DNA of 64,000 bases from Lactobacillus sp. (lineage in GTDB: Bacteria > Bacillota > Bacilli > Lactobacillales > Lactobacillaceae): contig JAKVKU010000006.1 in the NCBI GenBank assembly GCA_022484695.1, forward strand, positions 76,003-140,002, read 5' to 3'. The position numbers and the translations under genes were made by a program. Of this stretch, positions 29,057-37,264 are shown in pieces. A model generated the notes under the pieces. That model was given only the letters and a program-made list of their open reading frames with translations, was not told the DNA's origin and did not search any database. Each line of letters begins with the position of its first letter. The stretch's first letter is position 1.

Positions 29057-29947
29057 ATGTATGATACAATTCAAGAACTTGTTGCTGCATCTATGAGTCA
29101 AAATAAACCCATTTCCGAAATCATGATCGAACAAGAAATGGCTAAAAATAGTGCCACTAGAGATGAAGTTTGGTCGCAAATGTCCAAGAACTTAGATGTC
29201 ATGGCTGCTGCCGTTAAGCGCGGGGTTGAAGGCGACGGCGTCTTCTCTAAAACGGGTTTGACCGGTGGGGAAGCTGTGTTATTGAAGAAGTACCGGGAAA
29301 AGGGTCATACCTTATCCGGTGACAGCATGGTCGAAGCCGTGCAAAATGCCATTGCTACCAACGAAGTGAATGCAGCTATGGGTGTAGTTTGTGCCACGCC
29401 AACTGCTGGCTCCACAGGGACGTTACCAGGTGTCTTGTTCGTCATTCAAGATCGCTTGAACTTAGATCGGGATCAAATGATCCGCTTCTTATTCACCGCT
29501 GGGGCTTTTGGGATGGTCATTGCCAATAACGCCTCCATCGCCGGAGCTACCGGGGGTTGCCAAGCCGAAGTAGGCAGTGCCTCTGCAATGGCTGCCGCTG
29601 CTGCCGTAGAAGTGGCGGGTGGCACTGCAGAACAGAGCTCTGAAGCTTTGGCAATGGCGTTAAGCAATTTGCTGGGCTTAGTCTGTGATCCAGTTGCCGG
29701 CTTAGTGGAATTACCTTGTGTGAAACGGAATGCTATCGGGGCTGGGAATGCCTTGATTGCCGCTGATATGGCCTTAGCTGGTTGTACCAATAAGATTCCT
29801 GCCGATGAAGTCGTGACGGCCATGGATAAAATTGGTCGAGGTCTTCCTCGGGCACTCCGGGAAACCGGGATTGGCGGCCTAGCAGGCACACCAACTGGTG
29901 TCAAAATGAAGATGACCATCTTTGGTCAATCTGTCGATGTGTCCTAA
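29057..29947 (+). CDS. sdaAA: L-serine dehydratase, Fe-S dependent, alpha subunit
   Basis: CATPTAGS, GGCQAEVG, GLVCDPVAGLVELPCVKRNA, LRETGIGGLAGT. Confidence 0.96.
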   Translation: MYDTIQELVAASMSQNKPISEIMIEQEMAKNSATRDEVWSQMSKNLDVMAAAVKRGVEGDGVFSKTGLTGGEAVLLKKYREKGHTLSGDSMVEAVQNAIATNEVNAAMGVVCATPTAGSTGTLPGVLFVIQDRLNLDRDQMIRFLFTAGAFGMVIANNASIAGATGGCQAEVGSASAMAAAAAVEVAGGTAEQSSEALAMALSNLLGLVCDPVAGLVELPCVKRNAIGAGNALIAADMALAGCTNKIPADEVVTAMDKIGRGLPRALRETGIGGLAGTPTGVKMKMTIFGQSVDVS

Positions 29948-29967
29948 TCACTTATAAAAACAAACCT

Positions 29968-30035
29968 GGTGCTGATTGCTGGGATCCTTGAAGGAAATTG
30001 AAAACCCTTTAAGGACCTGCTTTCAGCACCTTTTT
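29968..30035 (+). terminator. Long hairpin terminator after sdaAA
   Basis: GGTGCTGA...CCTTGAAGG/CCTTTAAGG...TCAGCACC followed by TTTTT. Confidence 0.7.
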
Positions 30036-30069
30036 ATTAATTTATTTGTTAAGACTTGCACTAAATTAA

Positions 30070-30087
30070 TTGATAAATAATTATTAA
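30070..30087. promoter_or_regulatory. Palindrome TTGATAA-N4-TTATTAA (copy 2)
   Basis: Upstream of the PAS-HTH regulator; matches 27197-27214. Confidence 0.55.
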
Positions 30088-30122
30088 CGTGATATTATCA
30101 TAACAACGAGGAGGCGACAGAT

Positions 30123-30878
30123 ATGGGCGTTAATGAATTCATTCGCAGCTATATTCCCATGGTGGATTTTATTGCGGATATCTTAGGTAAAAACAGTGAA
30201 GTAGTCTTGAACGATTTGACAGATTTAGACCATTCTATTATTGCAATTCGGAATAACAGCATTTCACATCGGAAAATAGGCGACCCCGCTTCAGATCTGG
30301 CCTTGCGGACAGTACAAGCGGGTAACAAAGAACACCGGGATTTTATTGCCAATTACCGGGGCGTGACTTTTAACAATGCCACGTTATGTTCGTCCACTTA
30401 TTTCCTGCGCTATGAGGGTAAAGTTGTGGCCATGATTTGTATTAACACCGATGAATCCTGCCTCAATGAATTACAGGCTAGCCTGAATAAGGTCTTACAT
30501 GCCTACAAGCCTACACCGGATGAAATGCGGGATTTGGAAACCACCCCTGAGAACCAAATCACTGCAGCAGCACCAGCTGCCGATCCAGCGCCAGAATTGG
30601 AAAAACAACAAGAGTATGAACACTTAACAGTTTCTTCCAAACAATATGCCAAGCGGGTGGTGGCTGAATATTTGGCCGAAATTGGCATTCAAAAAGAGTA
30701 TATGAAACGCATCGACAAACTCAACTGTGTGAAGCGGCTGTATGAACAAGGTTTCTTCCAGTTGAAGGATAGTGTGGTGGACGCCGCCGAAGCATTAGGG
30801 GCCTCTGAACCCAGTGTTTACCGGTATTTACAAAATGTGCGCCAAGCTAATCCCAATGATGTCCAAAAAGAAGCGTAA
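30123..30878 (+). CDS. YheO-like PAS domain + HTH regulator (DauR/HeuR family)
   Basis: LGKNSEVVLNDL...SIIAIRN..ISHRKIGDPASDL, CINTD, C-terminal LYEQGFFQLKDSVVDAAEALGASEPSVYRYL. Confidence 0.92.
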   Translation: MGVNEFIRSYIPMVDFIADILGKNSEVVLNDLTDLDHSIIAIRNNSISHRKIGDPASDLALRTVQAGNKEHRDFIANYRGVTFNNATLCSSTYFLRYEGKVVAMICINTDESCLNELQASLNKVLHAYKPTPDEMRDLETTPENQITAAAPAADPAPELEKQQEYEHLTVSSKQYAKRVVAEYLAEIGIQKEYMKRIDKLNCVKRLYEQGFFQLKDSVVDAAEALGASEPSVYRYLQNVRQANPNDVQKEA

Positions 30879-30916
30879 AAAAATACCAGCGAAGATTGTT
30901 TCGCTGGTATTTTTTT
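30877..30916. terminator. Bidirectional terminator
   Basis: AAAAAAATACCAGCGAA...TTCGCTGGTATTTTTTT. Confidence 0.85.
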
Positions 30917-31568
30917 ACCCTAAGCCACTGAACACAACGGCTTGTAGGCCCCCTAACGCCACTAAGGCCAGGGCCCAATTCCAGAGGGGCATGGGATAGG
31001 TGTCAAAGTGACTGCGTTTTTGTTGTTCCCAAAAACCGTGGGATTGCATGGATTGGGCCAGGTCATCAGACCAGCGCAAAGAAATCAATACGGCTTTAAA
31101 AAAGATCTGGGGCGACCAGGCGTGGAGGACTTCCCCCCGCATCAGGGCCGCACTTTGAATTTGTTTCACCGTTTGGGTGACTCTGGGGATAAAGTTAAAA
31201 GCCCCTAAAGTACCATAAACGAATTTGGAGGGAATATGGCAATTTTGCTCCAGCGAACCCAATAAATTGTTGATGGGCATGGTAAAGGTCACGATAGCCC
31301 CTAAGAAAATATAAGCATAGATCCGGGTGGATAGCAGCCAAGACGTATGCCACACATCCCCGGTGCCGTGGAAATAAAAGGACATCCAAGTCCCTAAGAT
31401 GGGAATCACCGGCATAAATAATAGCCAAGCGATGCGTTTGGGGGTCAAGGTGGGGATGAGGTAGACCAAACACAGGGCTACCAAATACACATTGGCCCAA
31501 ATGGATTGGGTGAAGGCAATTTCGAAACTGGCAAAAATCACGAAACCCAGTTTAATTGATGGATTGAT
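30915..31568 (-). CDS. ECF transporter transmembrane T component (YkoC-like); probable ATC start at 31568
   Basis: QSAALMRG and AQSMQSHGF XRX-type motifs. AGGAGGTG is 7 nt before ATC-AAT-CCA-TCA (I/M-NPSIKLG); first canonical start is GTG 31541. Confidence 0.88.
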   Translation of the reverse strand: MNPSIKLGFVIFASFEIAFTQSIWANVYLVALCLVYLIPTLTPKRIAWLLFMPVIPILGTWMSFYFHGTGDVWHTSWLLSTRIYAYIFLGAIVTFTMPINNLLGSLEQNCHIPSKFVYGTLGAFNFIPRVTQTVKQIQSAALMRGEVLHAWSPQIFFKAVLISLRWSDDLAQSMQSHGFWEQQKRSHFDTYPMPLWNWALALVALGGLQAVVFSGLG

Positions 31569-32991
31569 AGGCCAACACCTCCTGATAACTTAGGGTTTTA
31601 TCCGCCAACGCCAAATGGTAGTCGAAGAAATTCAATACACCGGTGAGCTGGTGGCTGATCATGATAATAGTTTGCTGCTGCTTGGCCGCCATGGTGGCAA
31701 TCATGGGCAAGACCACTTGAATTGAGGCCATGTCTAGCCCGGCCAGGGGTTCATCCAGCAATAATACCGGCGTGCCCACGATCAACATTTCTAAAATCTG
31801 TAATTTCTTTTGCTGACCCCCGGACAGTTGGTAAACAATGTGGTCTTCCAAGCCCTTTAAATGCAAGGCTTGCAATTGGGCACTAATGACCGCCGGGGTC
31901 CAGATTTCGGGATGGTGGGCATGGGCCAGGCTGAGATCCAGCTCCTCTTGTAAGGTCAGGCGCAAATATTGCATCTGGGCATTTTGAAACACCAAAGCCA
32001 CCTTTTGGGCATATTGTTTGGGACGAATTTTACGGATTTCCGCTTGTTGGTAATAAATTGCTCCGGAAAAGGGATGCAAGCGGGTCAACGTTTTAAATAA
32101 GGTGGATTTCCCACTGCCATTGGCCCCCGTGAGTAGGACCATTTTGCCCTGAAGTAAGGGCAGGTTGGCGTTTTGCACTAAGGGACTTTCGCCGGTGCCA
32201 TAGCTCAAATCCTTGAAATTCAGCACACAATCGTCGGCGCTGATGGGTAGCGGGAAAGTGCGATGTTGGTCAAAATGTTGAAACTTCGCGAATACCGTCC
32301 CGAAATCAGCTATTTCTTGAACTTTCCCCTGATCAAATTGGTATAAATGGTCCGCCAAATCAGCGTAACCGCTGAGGTCATGGTCCGCCAGTAGGATAGT
32401 CTTCCCGTGGTTGACCTGTAAGTCTTTTAACAAAACCAACAGCTGTTGGCGCGATGCGAGATCCACGCTGGCAAAGGGTTCATCCAAGATGATAAATTGG
32501 CTGTCCATGGCTAAAGTGATGGCCAACGCCACCTTTTGCAACTCCCCACCGGATAAGGTATCGATTTTACGATACCGCAGGTCGCTGATGTGCAATTGGC
32601 CTAAGGCTGCTTCGATCCGTTGGGCCATGTCGGCTTTAGGAATAGCCAAATTTTCCAAGGTGAATTTAAATTCTAAATCCACCGTGGTCATGGCAAACTG
32701 ATTCAAGGGATTCTGGAATAAAAAGGCAATTTTTTTCACGATGGCCCCAGGCTGCAGGTCCGCTAAGTCCTGGGCATCAATTAAGACCTGGCCGCTTTGA
32801 ATCGTGCCGGCAAATTCGGGATAAAGGCCACATAAGACTTTCATCAAAGTGGACTTACCACTGCCCGAGGGACCGTACAAAATATTGAAGGTGTTGGCTT
32901 GAAGGACCAGGTTCACCTGATCTAGAATTTTGGGACTGTCAGTTTCATAGCTGAAAGTTAAGTTTTTGACGGTAAGCTGCTTGCTCATCAT
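31552..32991 (-). CDS. ECF transporter duplicated ATPase (YkoD-like)
   Basis: Two Walker A (GPSGSGKS, GANGSGKS), two LSGG signatures, ILDEP/LLDEP. Confidence 0.93.
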   Translation of the reverse strand: MMSKQLTVKNLTFSYETDSPKILDQVNLVLQANTFNILYGPSGSGKSTLMKVLCGLYPEFAGTIQSGQVLIDAQDLADLQPGAIVKKIAFLFQNPLNQFAMTTVDLEFKFTLENLAIPKADMAQRIEAALGQLHISDLRYRKIDTLSGGELQKVALAITLAMDSQFIILDEPFASVDLASRQQLLVLLKDLQVNHGKTILLADHDLSGYADLADHLYQFDQGKVQEIADFGTVFAKFQHFDQHRTFPLPISADDCVLNFKDLSYGTGESPLVQNANLPLLQGKMVLLTGANGSGKSTLFKTLTRLHPFSGAIYYQQAEIRKIRPKQYAQKVALVFQNAQMQYLRLTLQEELDLSLAHAHHPEIWTPAVISAQLQALHLKGLEDHIVYQLSGGQQKKLQILEMLIVGTPVLLLDEPLAGLDMASIQVVLPMIATMAAKQQQTIIMISHQLTGVLNFFDYHLALADKTLSYQEVLAYQSIN

Positions 32992-32997
32992 GGTAGC

Positions 32998-33573
32998 CTA
33001 ACCGTGGGAGTGGGCGCGGGTGGCGATGCCAGATTTTAAGACCAGTTTTTGGATCCAGTAAACCAAAACGCCACTGAAGAAGCCAATGGAAATGAAGCGA
33101 ACCACAAATAATAGCAATAAGAATGCCGGGGTATATTTGGCGTAACCGGCTTGGAATAGGGACCAGATGAAGGTCACGATGGTGCTGGTGATGGTGGAGA
33201 TGAATAGGCCAAACTTGTCAAAGCGCTTGTAACCGGTGAAGGTGAACCCTAATTCGTTCCCAACCCCTTGGACAAATCCGGCTAAAATGGCACTGGCGCC
33301 AAATTGGCCCCCTAAAAGCATTTCCACAAAGCCCCCTAGGGTTTCGGCAAAAATGCTGGCGCCAATTTTTTGGGTGAGGATGGCAGCCAAAGGGCCGGCA
33401 ATCATCCACAGGCCCAACATTAAATCATTGGCCACTGGGCCCAGGCCAATGGCAGCTAAGGCAGCACTGACAAAATTGTAGACAAGATCGGTTAAAAAGA
33501 AAATCGCACCGCAAAAGATCCCAATTAAGGCGATGAAAATAATATCTCGGAGCTTATAACTTCTTGAATTCAT
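32998..33573 (-). CDS. ECF S component, thiamine/HMP-type (YkoE-like)
   Basis: LRDIIFIALIGIFCG, GFVEMLLGGQFG, QGVGNELGF; downstream of a TPP riboswitch. Confidence 0.9.
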   Translation of the reverse strand: MNSRSYKLRDIIFIALIGIFCGAIFFLTDLVYNFVSAALAAIGLGPVANDLMLGLWMIAGPLAAILTQKIGASIFAETLGGFVEMLLGGQFGASAILAGFVQGVGNELGFTFTGYKRFDKFGLFISTITSTIVTFIWSLFQAGYAKYTPAFLLLLFVVRFISIGFFSGVLVYWIQKLVLKSGIATRAHSHG

Positions 33574-33635
33574 AGCAAAATACTTCCTCTCAAAATGTGT
33601 TTACAAGACCGGCAACTAGTTTTGAGATGGACAGC

Positions 33636-33689
33636 AAAAAAGCCATTTTCTTGCCAACTCAAATTCTCGAGTACGCAAAAAAATGGCTT
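33636..33689 (-). terminator. Expression-platform terminator of TPP riboswitch 1
   Basis: Minus strand AAGCCATTTT...AAAATGGCTT followed by U-run, between aptamer and ykoE start. Confidence 0.7.
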
Positions 33690-33717
33690 GTAGAAGTCAA
33701 ATTTATACAAATATCCA

Positions 33718-33792
33718 ATATTCCCTACGCTAATATTACTTAGATCAGGTTCAATGGGTATAATCTCAGCCGTATGTGGCACCCCAGAAAGT
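33718..33792 (-). ncRNA. TPP riboswitch (controls ECF operon)
   Basis: Minus strand GGGGTGCC...GGCTGAGATTATACCCATTGAACCTGATCTAAGTAATATTAGCGTAGGGAA (CUGAGA, ACCUGA, GCGUAGG cores). Confidence 0.95.
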
Positions 33793-33944
33793 TTATTTAA
33801 TTGTGTGGTCTTGTAACAAGAGCATCTTACCATGGCTTAGTAACTTCTGTAAAGTGGATTGGTTCAAATTATTTTATCAGCAAGTTTTAAAAAAAGGATT
33901 TGCAATTTTAAAAATATGTGATACATTTAGGTCATTCAAATATG

Positions 33945-34020
33945 AATCACTAGGGGTGCCTTGAGCTGAGATTATACCCGTAGAACCTGATTTGGTTAAG
34001 ACCAACGTAGGAAAGTGATT
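33945..34020 (+). ncRNA. TPP riboswitch (controls tenA)
   Basis: AATCACT/AGTGATT P1; GGGGTGCC..GCTGAGATTATACCCGTAGAACCTGAT..GTTAAGACCAACGTAGGAA. Confidence 0.96.
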
Positions 34021-34093
34021 GTACCATAAACTTTTTTTCGGACGTCTTCCTTTGATTCGATTTGAAACTACAAATCAAAAGGGAGCTTTTTTT

Positions 34094-34813
34094 ATGTTAT
34101 TTTCTGAAGAATTAAAACAAAATGCGGCACCAATTTTAAGTGCCATTCAAGATCACCCGTTTGTCCAGGGGATCGCCACTGGCTCACTGCCAAAAGAGGC
34201 CTTGACCTTTTATGTGGGGCAGGACTTTAATTATTTAAATGCCTTCATCAAGGTTTATGCGGCTGCTGTGGAAAAATGTCGGGATCGTTCAGACATGGCT
34301 ATTTTTAACGAACAAATTAACTTTATTTTAAACAGTGAAATTCATCCTCACCATGTCTTTTGTAACGTGGCCGGCGTGCCTTACGAAAGTCTGCAGCATG
34401 AAGTGCAAGCACCTATGACTTATCTGTATAACGAGCATATGTATAACGCTGCCCGTACAGGAGATTTGATCGATATCGTGGCCGCGATGCTGCCGTGCCC
34501 TTGGACTTATTTTGAAATCGCCAATAAATTAATTGCTGAAGGTAAAAACAACGAAGCCAATGTCTTCAAAGATTGGATCGATTTCTACGGATCCATGGCT
34601 GATGACACTGACGCCAATTTATCGGATCGGTTCTTTGCTTTGATCGACCGGGAAGCTGAGAACTATAACGCTGAGCGTTTGGCCGTTATAGAACGGCGTT
34701 TCATGCGCAGCTGTGAGTTGGAATGGGATTTCTGGGAACAAGCTTACCGCCAACAAGACTGGCAATTTGCCCCCGCTAAGAATCTGCGCCAAGCCCAAAG
34801 CGTCCAGCACTAA
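34094..34813 (+). CDS. tenA: Thiaminase II / aminopyrimidine aminohydrolase
   Basis: HPFVQGI, YVGQDFNYL, LPCPWTY catalytic Cys, WIDFY, ELEWDFW. True start is ATG 34094 (ORF-track start lies inside the riboswitch). Confidence 0.95.
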   Translation: MLFSEELKQNAAPILSAIQDHPFVQGIATGSLPKEALTFYVGQDFNYLNAFIKVYAAAVEKCRDRSDMAIFNEQINFILNSEIHPHHVFCNVAGVPYESLQHEVQAPMTYLYNEHMYNAARTGDLIDIVAAMLPCPWTYFEIANKLIAEGKNNEANVFKDWIDFYGSMADDTDANLSDRFFALIDREAENYNAERLAVIERRFMRSCELEWDFWEQAYRQQDWQFAPAKNLRQAQSVQH

Positions 34814-34950
34814 AGCCCTAGGCTAGTTAGGCCAACCTAGCTAGCCCAGTGGGTGAGGTCGATCTACTGGGATGCCTAGGTTCACGCCGACATCAAAATC
34901 CATTGCACCAGATTATCAACTTCATATTTTGCCATGCAATTCCCTATACG

Positions 34951-34986
34951 AATAACTCCGTCCATGACCAGCGGGGTTATTTTTTT
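34951..34986 (+). terminator. Intrinsic terminator about 140 nt after tenA
   Basis: AATAACTCCG...CGGGGTTATT followed by T-run. Confidence 0.75.
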
Positions 34987-35114
34987 GTTGCCTAGTCTAC
35001 CTAAAAACTAATGTAAGACTTAAATTCGTCCGGTAAAACAACAGCAAGTTTTGGAGCAGTCCGCTATTTTGATACAAAAAAAGAGGTCCAACTAGACCTC
35101 TGATAATTTCGTTT

Positions 35115-35423
35115 CTAATTTTTGCTTAAATCGCCTATTTTTTGGATACTTTTACCTTTAGCAAATTCATAAATGAAATAAAAGAAATAGCTGACTAACC
35201 ATTGAGATCCTAAAAATAACCAGTGATTTGTGGTCCAAGGCAGGTTAGCCAAGGTGAAGAAGGTGAGCAACAAACCATAAATAACAGGCACGACTTTAGC
35301 AGTGCGGGAGGAGACTTGTTTGTACCCTAAAATGTATTGTAAAAGCAAAATCGTTGGAATGCCAAGTAGAACCGCGACTATTAATAAATCTTGTCCAAGC
35401 ATCGCCATTTGTGCCACCTCCAT
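35115..35423 (-). CDS. Hypothetical small membrane protein
   Basis: About 100 aa, 3 hydrophobic segments; the ORF-track start overlaps a GGAGG, so the true ATG is likely a few codons in. Confidence 0.7.
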   Translation of the reverse strand: MEVAQMAMLGQDLLIVAVLLGIPTILLLQYILGYKQVSSRTAKVVPVIYGLLLTFFTLANLPWTTNHWLFLGSQWLVSYFFYFIYEFAKGKSIQKIGDLSKN

Positions 35424-35752
35424 TAGAATATTTTTAATTTAATATCATATTAATGGATTTATGAATGGTTGTCAAACTCCTGATACGAAGGCAATACAGC
35501 ATTTTTAAAATGATTATTAATTATCAGAGTGATTATTTTCTATTAAAATATGAGAATTAGTCTCATAAAGGGTTATGTAAATGAGGAAATATGGGATATT
35601 ACCGGACTTTTCTTAGGATTGAAAAGTTATCTTAAAACAAATAAAGGCCCGAATGCATGAGGTACGCATTCAGGCTTTTAGGAACCAGATTTCATTGACT
35701 GTGAAGCTGAGTCAGATGAGGACATGGTTTTTTCACTCCTATTCAATTGTTT

Positions 35753-35944
35753 TTAGGCGCCAATGGCTAAAATCTTGTTCATTTGTTCGTAATCCATCCC
35801 CATTTCATTGAGGGTCAGTAGTGTGCGCTTTAAATCTTGATATTGGTCTTCGGTATACTGCCGGTCGTCAATTTCAATATCAAAGTGATCACATATGGTG
35901 TAAAGCTCTTGGCTTAAACGGTGCTCAATATCTTGCTTTGTCAT
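35753..35944 (-). CDS. Small acidic hypothetical protein (63 aa)
   Basis: Perfect AGGAGGTG RBS; downstream hairpin 35643-35679. Confidence 0.7.
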   Translation of the reverse strand: MTKQDIEHRLSQELYTICDHFDIEIDDRQYTEDQYQDLKRTLLTLNEMGMDYEQMNKILAIGA

Positions 35945-36049
35945 AGCAATGTCACCTCCTTATGTAGGTACATTCTAACATGAATCTCTCATAAATCACA
36001 ACATTTTTATAATATTTGCCGAAATTTTTGAGAATCATGGAATGTTAGC

Positions 36050-37036
36050 TTAGTTCACAGAGGTTTCATTTAATAACGGTGCTTCGCTGACAGCTTCGGA
36101 CACCACAGCATCATTGAATAAAAAGTTATTGATGATAAATAGGACTTTCGGGTTGTCATGCATAACGGAGTGTTCGCCATCCATACCATGGACTTCGATC
36201 TCATGATAGACGGCAGCCGTGCCCCGCAATAGGTAATTGACCGATTTGGCGGAGTTGACGGTGATGTATTTGTCGCTGTTAAAACCCGTATCGGTATTGC
36301 CATAAATATTTAATACTTTGGCATTTTTAGGAAAATCTTTTTTATGGAAAAACCAATATAAATAATGGGGATTCATCAATAAGGGCCGACCGGAAACCGT
36401 CAGGGGATTTAAATTAGGGATATCCCCTAGGGCAATGACCCCATTAAAGGGACCAGCCACTAAAATGACTTTATTCAAAGTAGGGAACTTGGGGTCGTCA
36501 TGATTTTCCAACAGACAGTTCAAAAGGGCAGTGGCCCCCACGGAATGACCCACGGCATTAAATTTCACAAAGCCAAAGCGTTTTTTCAAGGTTGGCAACA
36601 CTAATTCCAGCCAGCGGGAGTGCATGCGCATGCTGGCGATATTTTCTTCAAAAATAATTTGGACGATGGGATTGTCGTTATTAGTCCAAGTCCCTTGATA
36701 AGTAATGCGGCCCCGCCAATCCACGATGACCCGTAAAAAGTCCGCCTGGTGGGTAAATTCGATGGCCGATTCCACCATTTTTTCCGTGGTGGTCAAACCA
36801 CCCCGAAAACCGTGGACAAAAATAGTGGGGATTTGTTGGGCGTGATTGGGCAAAGTATGGGGGGTGACTTTAGATAGGTCTAAGCCCTGAACAAGTTTTT
36901 TAGGCAGCAGACTGTACGTCAAAGCAGCCGCAATGTAAAAGAGGGCCTTGAGCTTCCCCTTAAAACCATGCATGGCGGTTGTTTGAATGATTGAATCCGG
37001 TTTTGCTTTCAAAAATCTGCACCTCTTCTTCGTCAA
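36050..37036 (-). CDS. Alpha/beta hydrolase (DUF915-like)
   Basis: FVHGFRGG oxyanion, VGHSVG nucleophile elbow, SDKYI, EHSVMH. Start codon uncertain. Confidence 0.88.
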   Translation of the reverse strand: MTKKRCRFLKAKPDSIIQTTAMHGFKGKLKALFYIAAALTYSLLPKKLVQGLDLSKVTPHTLPNHAQQIPTIFVHGFRGGLTTTEKMVESAIEFTHQADFLRVIVDWRGRITYQGTWTNNDNPIVQIIFEENIASMRMHSRWLELVLPTLKKRFGFVKFNAVGHSVGATALLNCLLENHDDPKFPTLNKVILVAGPFNGVIALGDIPNLNPLTVSGRPLLMNPHYLYWFFHKKDFPKNAKVLNIYGNTDTGFNSDKYITVNSAKSVNYLLRGTAAVYHEIEVHGMDGEHSVMHDNPKVLFIINNFLFNDAVVSEAVSEAPLLNETSVN

Positions 37037-37165
37037 TAAAGCTATTTATCTACTATAACATATTAACCCGCGTGTATTTAACAAATTATCTGGGGAATTA
37101 TTAAGAATAATTCTTATTTACATCTTTGGGGTTAGGGGTATCATAGAATTGGTTACATAATTATT

Positions 37166-37257
37166 GACAGCCCATGTTACATCAAACAACGCTGAGGTAT
37201 GCCTCAGCTTGTTCGACATTGAACAGCTGCTTGATGTGCCATGGCCTGTTTGGGAGG
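37166..37257 (+). promoter_or_regulatory. Structured 5' leader (candidate cis-regulatory RNA) of DHA2 MFS operon
   Basis: Nested stems GACAG/CTGTT, CCATG/CATGG, ACATCAA/TTGATGT, ACAA/TTGT, GCTGAGG/CCTCAGC ending at the GGGAGG RBS. Promoter-like TTTACA-16-TATCAT at 37117-37144. Confidence 0.6.
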
Positions 37258-37264
37258 CATTTTT

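Noticed and set aside
33570-33964. ORFs 33570-33833 and 33776-33964, and the 34019 start for tenA
   Set aside because: They run through TPP riboswitches and promoter DNA.
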